Positions 10,920 to 20,528 of a stretch of DNA of 64,000 nt are shown here, piece by piece (position 1 is the first letter of the stretch; every line of letters begins with the position of its first letter). The position numbers and the translations under genes are program-made. The notes beneath the pieces were generated by a model that ran no database searches, was not told the DNA's origin, and saw only the letters and a list, made by a program, of their open reading frames with translations. The DNA is from a virus (lineage: Duplodnaviria; Caudoviricetes), in the IMG/VR virus record IMGVR_UViG_3300031813_000006, positions 59,598 to 123,597 of that record, one strand, 5' to 3'.

Positions 10920-11344
10920 TTGATAAAGCGTTTTAAGGTTTGTCTTTTAGTATCCTCTTTCTTCTCATCAATAGCATCTGAATGCCAGGCATTGCAACAA
11001 CCGTCAGCAATAACTTTAGTATCCTGTACTCCCAAGATTTCAAATAAGAGACATTCTGATTCATTCTTTTTATAGTATTCACAATGTTCACATCTAACCT
11101 TTGCATTGATTAAACCGGATTCTTTAGGAGATACATTTGCTTCTACGTGTTCTAGTTCACTTTCTACAGCTGGTCCTCCGGGTACATAAAGTCCACATGA
11201 CATAGTAGGTTCTATCTTAACATTCTTTCCGTGTAAAGAACATACCTTATGATCTGTAATATACATCTTACAAGTCGCACATTGGGCATAATTATGTGTC
11301 TTACTTTTAGGTTCTAAGTAAAGGAAGGTAGCCTTGGTCATCAT
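10916..11344 (-). CDS. Tandem HiPIP-like Cys4 metal-binding protein
   Basis: Two copies of CxxC..C..C pattern: CATCKMY...CSLH...SCGLY and CEHCEYY...CLLF...GCCNAW; overlaps both neighbouring genes by 4 nt. Confidence 0.55.
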   Translation of the reverse strand: MMTKATFLYLEPKSKTHNYAQCATCKMYITDHKVCSLHGKNVKIEPTMSCGLYVPGGPAVESELEHVEANVSPKESGLINAKVRCEHCEYYKKNESECLLFEILGVQDTKVIADGCCNAWHSDAIDEKKEDTKRQTLKRFIK

Positions 11345-14300
11345 CTCTTTGAAGTTAAATTCTTATCTACAATAGCTTTGACAAGCATTTTAGTAGGACC
11401 TGACACAAGTTTTCTTAAAATAACATGTGTTAGATAATGTCTAAACTTCTTCCTTTGAAGAGGCGGCTTGTTATAGTTCAAATTTACGGAATTTAATGAT
11501 CTCTTGTATCCATTAGTTTCCCATAACCAAATAAATCTTTGGGCCATGGCATTACTAGAGTTCATAAACTCTCCTCTATCATCTGTAATATCCCAAAATT
11601 GATTAAATCTATACTTCTGTTCTTTCTTAGTATAAAGGATACTAATTTGGGAATTACCAATAATTGGATATTTAAGTGCAGCAAAAGGATCATTCTTTGG
11701 AGTATCTACTAAAGCTAGTACACCAGATACTTGTTCAGTATTGTGAATTATGGCTTGATCAAATCCATAATCCAATTGATGGAACTTATCATAACCATTG
11801 GTGCCGTATTTATAAGCTTCCATGTAATATTCAATACTTCTTAAGCTATTTACAGTAACACCTGTGGCCGCAACATACTCAACCTCAAAGGGATAGTCAA
11901 TTCCATAGAAATTAGCAAAACTATCTACGCGGAGATTATGTTGATAAAACTGATTGTCTTTGATACTTACAAAAGTGTTCTTACTTGATATCAATAAATC
12001 AGGATGCCAGTCATGGAAAGATAAGAACACCTTTTCTTTAGGGTCATATGATAGTGTCCAAGAAGCGTTTTGAAATATTGCAGGATCTCCTAATTGATAA
12101 GGAGTTTGTCCATCTACCAAAAAAGAATCTGAATCAGCATTATAAACCACTCTACCAGCATATGCAGGTAATAAAGAGTAGTCTTTTTTACAGAAATATA
12201 GTATCTCAATTTGGTTATCATAGACAATTTGGCATCCAATCCCTGCCACAGGATTATCAGTTAAAGGATAATTAGGAAAATCATTAGTTAATGTATATGG
12301 TAAAAACTTCTTTAACCAGAACTTCATATTACTTTGGATACCTATATCTACAATACCACCTGCGTAACTAAAAAGTTTACCTTGATTTTCACACATCCAA
12401 AAGGTTCCAAGAGGAGTATTGATACAACTTAATCTGTTTTGACAAGATCCGTATTCCATAGAATCTTCTACATTGACTATATTTTGACCGGGTTGAGAAA
12501 ACAACCCTCCATCACCTATTGTAAGTTTGGTACCTAAACCTGTTTGTAACTGATCAACCCCTTGATACATTAAAGGACTAGCAGATTCAAACAATATAAT
12601 AACACCACTTTTATTAATAGATTTGATAGTTGTAATCTGGCTAGCAAACGTTTCATAGTTATTAGGAAGAAACACTCTCCAATAATCTTTCTTTTGTTCT
12701 TCTTTTTGAGGAAGAGAGTAGATTAGTTTATAAGGATAGTATGCATAGCATTCCGCAGCAACCAAAGGATTGTAGTTTCTTAATTGAGTATTCCCCCAAG
12801 AGATTAGATTAGAATAAAGTTTAGAAATACTTAATGAATAGTCATATTTAAACAACTCTCCAGCTTTAATAATCTGAGGATTAAATAAACCAGGTAAATC
12901 TGTATAAGATGTAGGATCATAAAATCTATCTGCATCAGTATCATTCCAATCCCTAAATTCAGTATTAACTTCAGATTCTACATAGAAATCTCTAACACCT
13001 GATTGAAATAAATAAAAGTATGCATCATATATGGCAAATAAACCAAATATAGCATTACTTAAGCTTTGAGCACTAAAGATGTTACTACCATTAGCATTTG
13101 CTTGAAGATTATCTAAATTATGTCTACCAGATGGAAGCCCATTATTTAAAGGACTTGTACCTAAACTTAAAAACCATTGAAGAATACCACTTAAAAATTC
13201 ATTAGCTTCAAACTTATTAAAATTAGCCCAATATCTTGGGTAGTTAACCATATAATATTTAGTGTAATCAAACTGGTAACCATCAGGTTGTTGAAACAAC
13301 CAGTCATAAAAATAGAAAAAAGTATTCTTTTCAGTATATCTACATACATATGTATCACCACCAAATATAGGTCCTGTAGAAGAAAATCTATTAGACTGAA
13401 GGTAATTATAAGATGTAATACAAGAAATTGGAACCTCTCTTACAGAACCAATCTGTCCATATTGACCATCAAGTTCTACTTTAAGTGCACCATAATAACT
13501 TGTAGTAGATGTATTAAAAGGATTATTAGGTCCGTAATTTCCAATATTTTGAACAGTATTATCAGTACCGGCGGGATTAGTTAAACCTTTATTTCCAAGA
13601 TCTAATACAACTGATCTATTTCTATAAAGATTGTTAATTCTATAAGCACTACCAAAATCTTGTAATTGGTTTTCTAAATAATTAGCATTCCAAATAGATT
13701 TTCTAATATTGTTATTTAAAGCTGTTGCATTACCTGGAGTAAAATTAGAATAAAAACCATGTGATAAATACCTATAAGCATATTGCTTATAAGGAACCAA
13801 AGCTTCAATTAAATCTAAAGTATCATTAGTACCTAAGGTCCAATAATTACCAAACATCATTACACCCGTTACAGCTCTAATAATAGGATCTTGATAATCC
13901 ATTTTACCCCATTGTTTATTATATTCTACACCACCACCAGATATACCAGGAATTATTGAAGCAATCTGAGCTGCAGTTAAAATACTACCATCAGTACTAT
14001 CAATTCCATATATTGCAGGTATTATAGTAGTAAATAATGAGGTTGTTAATAAATTTGCACCATCAGCTGTACCTTGATAAACACCTATTCCCGTAGGTCC
14101 AGTTAACAATGTCGTATCTGTACCTATACCTGCAGGTCCTGCAAAAGAAAAACCTGTAACTGCTAATTTTGGTGCTATATGTTTATCTGTTCTTGTACCT
14201 TTAACAGCTTCTATAGCAGCTCCCATACCTATCATAGCTGCAATAAAAAATGAAAAATCAGTTATAAGTTTTTGTTTAGGATGGTTAGGGACCTCACTAA

Positions 14301-16365
14301 AAGAACCTAATACAGTACCGTTAATTTCACCATCTAATTTTAATTCTTTTGCAGAAAGAAAAGGATGTCTAAATTGAGTATCAGGAGAATGAAAAGTATA
14401 TACAGAAGGACTTACTGCAGTAGTAGGAGTTGCTGTACGGGGTTTTCCAGTAATGCTTCCTGGATTAGTATCTGTAGTACTTATTGTAGGATCTGCACCA
14501 AGTGGGTTATAAGGATAGTTAGGATAAATACCTTGTCTAGTACTTGTACTACCTTGGGTTAAAGTATATTCCCTAGTGTTATTAATCATTCCTTTGGCAA
14601 TAATGCTTTTATTACCTTCTCTAGAACCTCTTAATATTTCATAACCTACTATATTGGTAATTAGATTACCACTATTATCTAATGGAAAAGCTACGTTAGT
14701 TACTTCAATACCTAATAACCTAATAGTTGTTATACCATTGGAATCTGTAAAGAAGTGGTTTGTCTGATTAAAATTCAATGGATTTCCTACAGAATCATAT
14801 ATGAAATTACCCGGCATTTTATGATGCCTTACTGGAGTACCACATAATGTTCCCCAAACATCAGGCATATTATCAGGATAGTTCTCAGTAGATTCCCAAT
14901 ATCCCATTTGACCTTTTGCAATTACAGTACCTCCATCATCAGTAACTTCTTTAACTGTAGCATAGTTTATATAGTTGGTATCTATATTAGCTGTATTACT
15001 TACTTGCCATAAAGCTGTTTCTCCAAATAGTTTTTCACTAGCATTAAAATTTGTAGAAAGATCAGAAGGTTGAGATGCTCTCCCTGGTATATGATAAGAA
15101 GAAGACTTAGCACCTGTATTGTACACCCATCTTATAAAAAAGCAATATACTTCATCTCTTAAATAAGATGCGTTATTACCACCGGATTTATAATAATTAT
15201 TAAGGTATTCAGTTGATATCCAATTGATTGCAATATTATTAGCTAGTGGCTGATAATTAAAATCAAGATTGCTAGTTGGTCCAACTCTAGCAAGATAGTC
15301 TGATATAGGGAATATAGCATCTGATTTCTCATATTCTGGGGTTATGATAGGGATTAGTTCTATAGGAAGATCCGGTAAAGTAGGATCAATATTGTCAATT
15401 GATATTGTATTTGTTATAGTATCATACAACCCAATAATTTTAGCAGTGGTTTGTAAATTGATATTACTTACTATAACTAGTTGAAACTCACTGAAATAGG
15501 TAGTATCTAAATTAGAAAAATTGATATGTAAAGAACCTGATGAATTATTATGATTAAAAATAGGTTGGATTGATACAGGAGGGAAGTAATCACTCATTAC
15601 TTGACCATTTACTGTATAAGCCCCTGTAACAAAATAGGTCCCGTTTAATAAGTTACCCCCTGAATGACCTAATGAAAGATTGATACAAGGTAATTGCATT
15701 AAACTTGCAAGCCTCATTTTATCACAATCTAACTGATAAGGATCCGCAAGAGTACCTCCAGATGTTACACTTCCACTTTTAGAAATAGGAATGCATGCAT
15801 AACAAGATGGATCATTAAGATTTAAGTTACTTGAATTAGGAAAACCTGTATTTTGACATATCAAAGGTATATTATTAAAATTTATGAATCTGTCAGGATT
15901 GTTACCATCAGCAAAATATACAGACCAAGAACAATCAAAGTTATACTTAGCGGCCCCGGTGATTAAGTTTTCTTTCTTCCAATTCAAACAAGATGTGTCA
16001 ATACACATTTGGTTTGTTAAAGAAGGATTCTGAGGAGAAACTAAAGGAGTATATGTACAATTACTATCATCAAATAAACCTATTTCATTTTTACCGTGAC
16101 TGTCTGTAGAGAATATGTACCATAAATCAGCCAGTTGATGAATTGTCCCAATAATAGTATAAGGTACTACGCTATTAGCACATAGTAGATTACTAGGTTC
16201 TGTACCTAATGTAGTAAGATCTCCTGAAGAAGAAACAGGAGTAGCATTGATTGCGTGAGACCAAGCACCCTCAGGAATAGAAGATTCATTTAAATCTTTT
16301 AACATCCCTTTTACAAAAGAAGCACCTGATGAACTACTTGTATTTTCTTGGTTTTGTTGCGCCAT
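11341..16365 (-). CDS. Tail stabilization/muzzle protein (P22 gp10-like, crAss Tstab)
   Basis: 1674 aa; N-terminal FVKGMLKD...WSHAINA and C-terminal WTLSYDP...FLSFHDWHP motifs; directly after tail tubular gene. Confidence 0.8.
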   Translation of the reverse strand: MAQQNQENTSSSSGASFVKGMLKDLNESSIPEGAWSHAINATPVSSSGDLTTLGTEPSNLLCANSVVPYTIIGTIHQLADLWYIFSTDSHGKNEIGLFDDSNCTYTPLVSPQNPSLTNQMCIDTSCLNWKKENLITGAAKYNFDCSWSVYFADGNNPDRFINFNNIPLICQNTGFPNSSNLNLNDPSCYACIPISKSGSVTSGGTLADPYQLDCDKMRLASLMQLPCINLSLGHSGGNLLNGTYFVTGAYTVNGQVMSDYFPPVSIQPIFNHNNSSGSLHINFSNLDTTYFSEFQLVIVSNINLQTTAKIIGLYDTITNTISIDNIDPTLPDLPIELIPIITPEYEKSDAIFPISDYLARVGPTSNLDFNYQPLANNIAINWISTEYLNNYYKSGGNNASYLRDEVYCFFIRWVYNTGAKSSSYHIPGRASQPSDLSTNFNASEKLFGETALWQVSNTANIDTNYINYATVKEVTDDGGTVIAKGQMGYWESTENYPDNMPDVWGTLCGTPVRHHKMPGNFIYDSVGNPLNFNQTNHFFTDSNGITTIRLLGIEVTNVAFPLDNSGNLITNIVGYEILRGSREGNKSIIAKGMINNTREYTLTQGSTSTRQGIYPNYPYNPLGADPTISTTDTNPGSITGKPRTATPTTAVSPSVYTFHSPDTQFRHPFLSAKELKLDGEINGTVLGSFSEVPNHPKQKLITDFSFFIAAMIGMGAAIEAVKGTRTDKHIAPKLAVTGFSFAGPAGIGTDTTLLTGPTGIGVYQGTADGANLLTTSLFTTIIPAIYGIDSTDGSILTAAQIASIIPGISGGGVEYNKQWGKMDYQDPIIRAVTGVMMFGNYWTLGTNDTLDLIEALVPYKQYAYRYLSHGFYSNFTPGNATALNNNIRKSIWNANYLENQLQDFGSAYRINNLYRNRSVVLDLGNKGLTNPAGTDNTVQNIGNYGPNNPFNTSTTSYYGALKVELDGQYGQIGSVREVPISCITSYNYLQSNRFSSTGPIFGGDTYVCRYTEKNTFFYFYDWLFQQPDGYQFDYTKYYMVNYPRYWANFNKFEANEFLSGILQWFLSLGTSPLNNGLPSGRHNLDNLQANANGSNIFSAQSLSNAIFGLFAIYDAYFYLFQSGVRDFYVESEVNTEFRDWNDTDADRFYDPTSYTDLPGLFNPQIIKAGELFKYDYSLSISKLYSNLISWGNTQLRNYNPLVAAECYAYYPYKLIYSLPQKEEQKKDYWRVFLPNNYETFASQITTIKSINKSGVIILFESASPLMYQGVDQLQTGLGTKLTIGDGGLFSQPGQNIVNVEDSMEYGSCQNRLSCINTPLGTFWMCENQGKLFSYAGGIVDIGIQSNMKFWLKKFLPYTLTNDFPNYPLTDNPVAGIGCQIVYDNQIEILYFCKKDYSLLPAYAGRVVYNADSDSFLVDGQTPYQLGDPAIFQNASWTLSYDPKEKVFLSFHDWHPDLLISSKNTFVSIKDNQFYQHNLRVDSFANFYGIDYPFEVEYVAATGVTVNSLRSIEYYMEAYKYGTNGYDKFHQLDYGFDQAIIHNTEQVSGVLALVDTPKNDPFAALKYPIIGNSQISILYTKKEQKYRFNQFWDITDDRGEFMNSSNAMAQRFIWLWETNGYKRSLNSVNLNYNKPPLQRKKFRHYLTHVILRKLVSGPTKMLVKAIVDKNLTSKR

Positions 16366-17369
16366 TATGATACGTTATTAGTTCCTGGATAATGTCCACC
16401 TGGATATGACTTAAACATGTCATAATATTTTGCATATGCCGCTCTTCTAATCATATCATGATTCTTAGATAATTCAGAGAAGTTAGGTGTATTGACAATA
16501 GTAAATGCATTATTTCTAGCGGCTTTAAGACTAGGTAATACAATTTGTAACTGTTTAGAAACATCTGTACCATCCATCATAAGGTTTTCTAAGATCCTTG
16601 CTTTGATGGCATATTCATAAAATTCATTTAACATAGGATGATCAGGAACCAAAATCTCTCCGTCTTCATTCATAAGAGATCCCATATAGTTGATATAGAT
16701 TTTAGCACAATCCATATTTACCCATAAGAAACCATCTTTAATCCAAGCATGGTTTCTAGGACCTCTATAAACCATTTGACCACCTTGATTCATATGTGAA
16801 TGCTGATGGTGTTTTCTATTAGGATCAGTGGCTGCTACAAAGATGAGAGGTTCATTAATCTCATAATGTCTTGTTTCAAAGTTTACAATCTGTATAAGGG
16901 TGATATCCTGTCCACACTTTGTCAAACAAGTTGGGGTAACAGTATTAGGTAATTGAGTAGGATTACAAAATAAAGGTTCCGGAGTAGTACATGAATTAGG
17001 ATCATCTGGATCCTTATAGAAAGGAACAAAAGGATTATTAGAAGTGTACTGATTAAAAGGAGGTACCTCAAACTCTTCAATATGAGTACCTTGAGGAGGT
17101 GTGGTTTTTACTGTAAAATGACCACATATATTACCAAAATTCATTACATCAAAATCATCTGGTAACCGGACCCGGCCTTTATCTAAATCTAATATTGCTT
17201 CCCTTGTTTGATTAACTCTCAATCCAAGATCATAATTACATCTTCTTGCAACTTTAATAAGTGAACCGGCGTCTATTTTACCTTCCAAAGCAAGAGATTT
17301 CATATCAAGTCTCACATCTTCAAGCAATTGCTCTAGCGTTCTGTAGCGTAATGTGTAGTTAAAATCCAT
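16365..17369 (-). CDS. Tail tubular/ring protein (P22 gp4-like, crAss Ttub)
   Basis: GRVRLPDDF and IYINYMG...DGEILVPDHP...YEYAIK motifs; gene order IHF-ring-Ttub-Tstab. Confidence 0.7.
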   Translation of the reverse strand: MDFNYTLRYRTLEQLLEDVRLDMKSLALEGKIDAGSLIKVARRCNYDLGLRVNQTREAILDLDKGRVRLPDDFDVMNFGNICGHFTVKTTPPQGTHIEEFEVPPFNQYTSNNPFVPFYKDPDDPNSCTTPEPLFCNPTQLPNTVTPTCLTKCGQDITLIQIVNFETRHYEINEPLIFVAATDPNRKHHQHSHMNQGGQMVYRGPRNHAWIKDGFLWVNMDCAKIYINYMGSLMNEDGEILVPDHPMLNEFYEYAIKARILENLMMDGTDVSKQLQIVLPSLKAARNNAFTIVNTPNFSELSKNHDMIRRAAYAKYYDMFKSYPGGHYPGTNNVS

Positions 17370-17379
17370 ATGTCATGTA

Positions 17380-18048
17380 TTATCTGAATGCACTCATCTT
17401 ATTATCAGGGCCCTCCTGAGGGAACTTAATAGTCATACCTAAATCTGAAAGAACTTGTTGTTCTATTTGAGCAAATAAATAACTAGGAACCAATAAAGGT
17501 TGATCATATCTTGCTACACAAGGATCTGCATCACAAGCTACTTTAGACATATCATCTTCAAAAATACCTTCTACGCGTACGGCTTCCCAATCAAGATTAG
17601 GAAAATACAATCTATTATTAAGATACCAATAGTATTTTTGTCTATTGTATTTAAAATTGGTAGTCTTTGTCAAAGATGTATAAGTATCAGGGGTAGTTGG
17701 ATCCACACGGATAGAACCATCTATGGAAGAAACTGTCCTGAATAAAAGACCAAAACTGGCTTCCATTACTCCTGGAATTTCATTTACAGTTCTCATTATA
17801 GTACAATCAGAACTAATACCTCCACAGCATTCCTCTATCTTATCAACAGGTTCCAAGGTCATACAAGGAATAGATCTAAACACACCTGCAAATTTAAGTA
17901 AGTCATTCATAGATTCTTGCTTTCTCATGAAAGCTCTAGCATACTTAAGAATTATACTATAAAGAAACCTATCAGTTAAAAAAGCATCTTCTTTAACTGT
18001 TTTAGTAGTATTCCTAATTCTAGATATTGCATCTCCTATAGTATCCAT
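17380..18048 (-). CDS. Tail ring protein, crAss-like
   Basis: 222 aa; YYWYLNNRLYFPN...VRVEGIFED motif; position between IHF-like and Ttub genes. Confidence 0.6.
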   Translation of the reverse strand: MDTIGDAISRIRNTTKTVKEDAFLTDRFLYSIILKYARAFMRKQESMNDLLKFAGVFRSIPCMTLEPVDKIEECCGGISSDCTIMRTVNEIPGVMEASFGLLFRTVSSIDGSIRVDPTTPDTYTSLTKTTNFKYNRQKYYWYLNNRLYFPNLDWEAVRVEGIFEDDMSKVACDADPCVARYDQPLLVPSYLFAQIEQQVLSDLGMTIKFPQEGPDNKMSAFR

Positions 18049-18049
18049 A

Positions 18050-18652
18050 TTAGTCTAAATCAAATTCATCATAATTAGAAAAATCAATTTTACTATGTTG
18101 TTCTAACTTTAAATCTTCACTGTATGCTGCGCGTTGTCTATTAGTACTGGTACTGGTATCAGCCAACTTATCATAGATAATATACCTTTCCCAATTTTTA
18201 GGATATTCTCTAGATACTAATCTTTTGAACTCTCTGGTAGCTTCATATCTCCAAAGAAATCTATTTTGTACATAATGTTTTCTATCTATGTTAGAATAAA
18301 ATAATCTACCTACTTTACCATTACTATTAAGATTCCTATGATAAACTCTTTTATTAAGTTTGATAGATTCTCCAAAATTGATATTATTCTTATTCTTTGT
18401 TGGGCAACTTACTAATTGTACAAACCCTAATTTACTTGGTAAATCAACTCCATCTACATTTGTAACTATCTCTTCCTGAAGGTGTTGGTTAAAAACAGTG
18501 ATGACATTCTTAATCATCATAGCTGTCATAGAATCAAATTTTCCTGGATTTCTTGTCTTCAATTTCTTCAACATTCTATCCATACTGATCCCTTTACCTA
18601 CAGGGCGTCTTAAACGGGGTGCCTTAAGATCTGGTAGTTTAAAGTCTGCCAT
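18050..18652 (-). CDS. IHF/HU-like protein of the tail module
   Basis: Helical N-terminus then GVDLPSKLGFVQL, resembling the HU/IHF beta-arm; conserved position in crAss-like genomes. Confidence 0.55.
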   Translation of the reverse strand: MADFKLPDLKAPRLRRPVGKGISMDRMLKKLKTRNPGKFDSMTAMMIKNVITVFNQHLQEEIVTNVDGVDLPSKLGFVQLVSCPTKNKNNINFGESIKLNKRVYHRNLNSNGKVGRLFYSNIDRKHYVQNRFLWRYEATREFKRLVSREYPKNWERYIIYDKLADTSTSTNRQRAAYSEDLKLEQHSKIDFSNYDEFDLD

Positions 18653-18720
18653 ATTACAATATACAAAAAATTTATCTATAAAGGTAGTAAAACTTAAGAT
18701 AAATACCTACCGGATTCTAT

Positions 18721-18754
18721 AAAAGAGAAGGCCCAGGTTTCCCTGAGCCTCTCC
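18721..18754 (-). terminator. Rho-independent terminator after fibre genes
   Basis: Minus strand GGAGAGGCTCAGG-GAAA-CCTGGGCCTTCTC followed by a T run. Confidence 0.75.
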
Positions 18755-18792
18755 GCGTATAGTTACATACCTAAACCAACAAGCTGCAACTA

Positions 18793-20073
18793 TTAAAAGT
18801 GATTTACTTCCCTACATACAGTAGCTTGAAAGCTTGGTTTTAAATTATCAAATTTTAATCTCATTATCATTGCTCCATTACTATAAAAAGAAGATGGGGC
18901 AAAATACATACCTGTTTCATGTAAAACAGCCCCATTATAGTAATTATTGGCAACCCCACTAAAAGTAGTTGAACCTCCTAATGATGTAGTACTTACTGAA
19001 GTTGTTCTATGAACCCAGTCAATTTTAAGCATACCTGCTATATTTGAAGATACAGGAGGAGCGTAAATATATCCGTCAGGACCCAATGCTCCATTGCCAA
19101 ATTTTCCGTTTAGTGGTAAGTTGCTTCCTATTGCGGCCAATGTATTAGTTGACCAATCATACTCACAAACATAAGGTGCTTGTCCTGTAGGTATTAAATA
19201 TAATTTTCCATTAGGTGCAATTACACCGCCTACAAATGTAAAGTAAACTCCACCACCTCCACCATAAGTAGTTTGCAATGCAGTTGGTATTGTATATGCT
19301 GTAGATACTCCTGTGGTTGGATTTGTTATTATATAATCTGCAGTATTTGTTATTGAATTAGGAAACCATGCTATATTACCATTTGGCAATAACGTTGGTG
19401 TACCATAAGCATTTTGCCCTACGGAAGCATATGTTGTAAATGTATTACTGTATGGATTAAATTTTACAGGACTTCCTGTTGCTAAATAACCCCCTTCACC
19501 TGTCCAAATCATACCGTATTGATCTATAACAGCACCATTACATCCATTATTATTAGGGTATGTATTTAATTGGCTAGTTTGTTGAGTATAAACATTATAT
19601 ATCCATACTCTTTGGCTTGATTGATATGGAAACATATATATATTTCCATTAGGGTGCATAACCGCACCTTGTACTATGTATGAAGATATATTTGAACCAA
19701 CTTCTCTAAATACGTTGGAAAACGGGTCCCATTGACCCACATAATATGCACCTGAACCATTTGGTATCAAATATAACTTATTATCCGGACCAACTAAAAT
19801 ACCGCCATATCCGCCTCCACTACTATGATTGGAAGTAAGTATTGATGCTCCTGTGAAAGTTGTAGCGTTTGATTTTGTAGAACCAGGATAATCAATAAGT
19901 AGATTTGACGTGTTACTATTTAAACCAACAGGAGCACCATAACCCATCAATTCATTATTCAATAGTTCAGCCATAACTAATGATGGCTTATTGGGTAATC
20001 TCCAATCTAATCTACCATCAACAGTAGTACTACCATATTCAATTTCATTACCGTATCCTAAAGGTTGTAACAT
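18793..20073 (-). CDS. Seven-bladed beta-propeller protein, probable receptor-binding protein
   Basis: Seven repeats such as GGILVGPDNKLYLIP, GAVMHPNGNIYMFP, GGVIAPNGKLYLIP, NGALGPDGYIYAPP; distal to fibre gene. Confidence 0.65.
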   Translation of the reverse strand: MLQPLGYGNEIEYGSTTVDGRLDWRLPNKPSLVMAELLNNELMGYGAPVGLNSNTSNLLIDYPGSTKSNATTFTGASILTSNHSSGGGYGGILVGPDNKLYLIPNGSGAYYVGQWDPFSNVFREVGSNISSYIVQGAVMHPNGNIYMFPYQSSQRVWIYNVYTQQTSQLNTYPNNNGCNGAVIDQYGMIWTGEGGYLATGSPVKFNPYSNTFTTYASVGQNAYGTPTLLPNGNIAWFPNSITNTADYIITNPTTGVSTAYTIPTALQTTYGGGGGVYFTFVGGVIAPNGKLYLIPTGQAPYVCEYDWSTNTLAAIGSNLPLNGKFGNGALGPDGYIYAPPVSSNIAGMLKIDWVHRTTSVSTTSLGGSTTFSGVANNYYNGAVLHETGMYFAPSSFYSNGAMIMRLKFDNLKPSFQATVCREVNHF

Positions 20074-20084
20074 AACAAAAAATA

Positions 20085-20504
20085 TTAATAATCAGTTGCC
20101 CTTGCAATTACGTCATTTTGGTCAGCAGCAGTATTATAAACTGATTGTCCTACAACTAAAGATGTACCTGAAGGGATAAGCAATCCACCTGGATAACTAA
20201 AAACTATATAAGCACCTATTACTGTAGTACTTCTGGTTGCAGAAGGCATTGCTTGTTCGTCTAATAAAGTATAATTAGTTCCATCGTATGTCCAAAGTCT
20301 TATAACCATAGATGATGATAAAGCAGCTGTTGCTTGTGAGTTATGTACCCTTACTTCTTCAATTCTACTACCATTAGAACCCGCTGTTAACAAAGTTGCT
20401 AAGTTTGTTGTAGATGAAGCATCTGATGTTGTATTTGGACCTGTTAATCTTGCCCTACCAATTCTTGGTATTAAGCCGAAAATAGGGTTTGTGTTTTGTG
20501 CCAT
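20085..20504 (-). CDS. Small fibre-associated structural protein
   Basis: 139 aa beta-rich ORF between fibre and propeller genes. Confidence 0.55.
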   Translation of the reverse strand: MAQNTNPIFGLIPRIGRARLTGPNTTSDASSTTNLATLLTAGSNGSRIEEVRVHNSQATAALSSSMVIRLWTYDGTNYTLLDEQAMPSATRSTTVIGAYIVFSYPGGLLIPSGTSLVVGQSVYNTAADQNDVIARATDY

Positions 20505-20528
20505 TTTATTAAGTTTTTACAAATTTAA

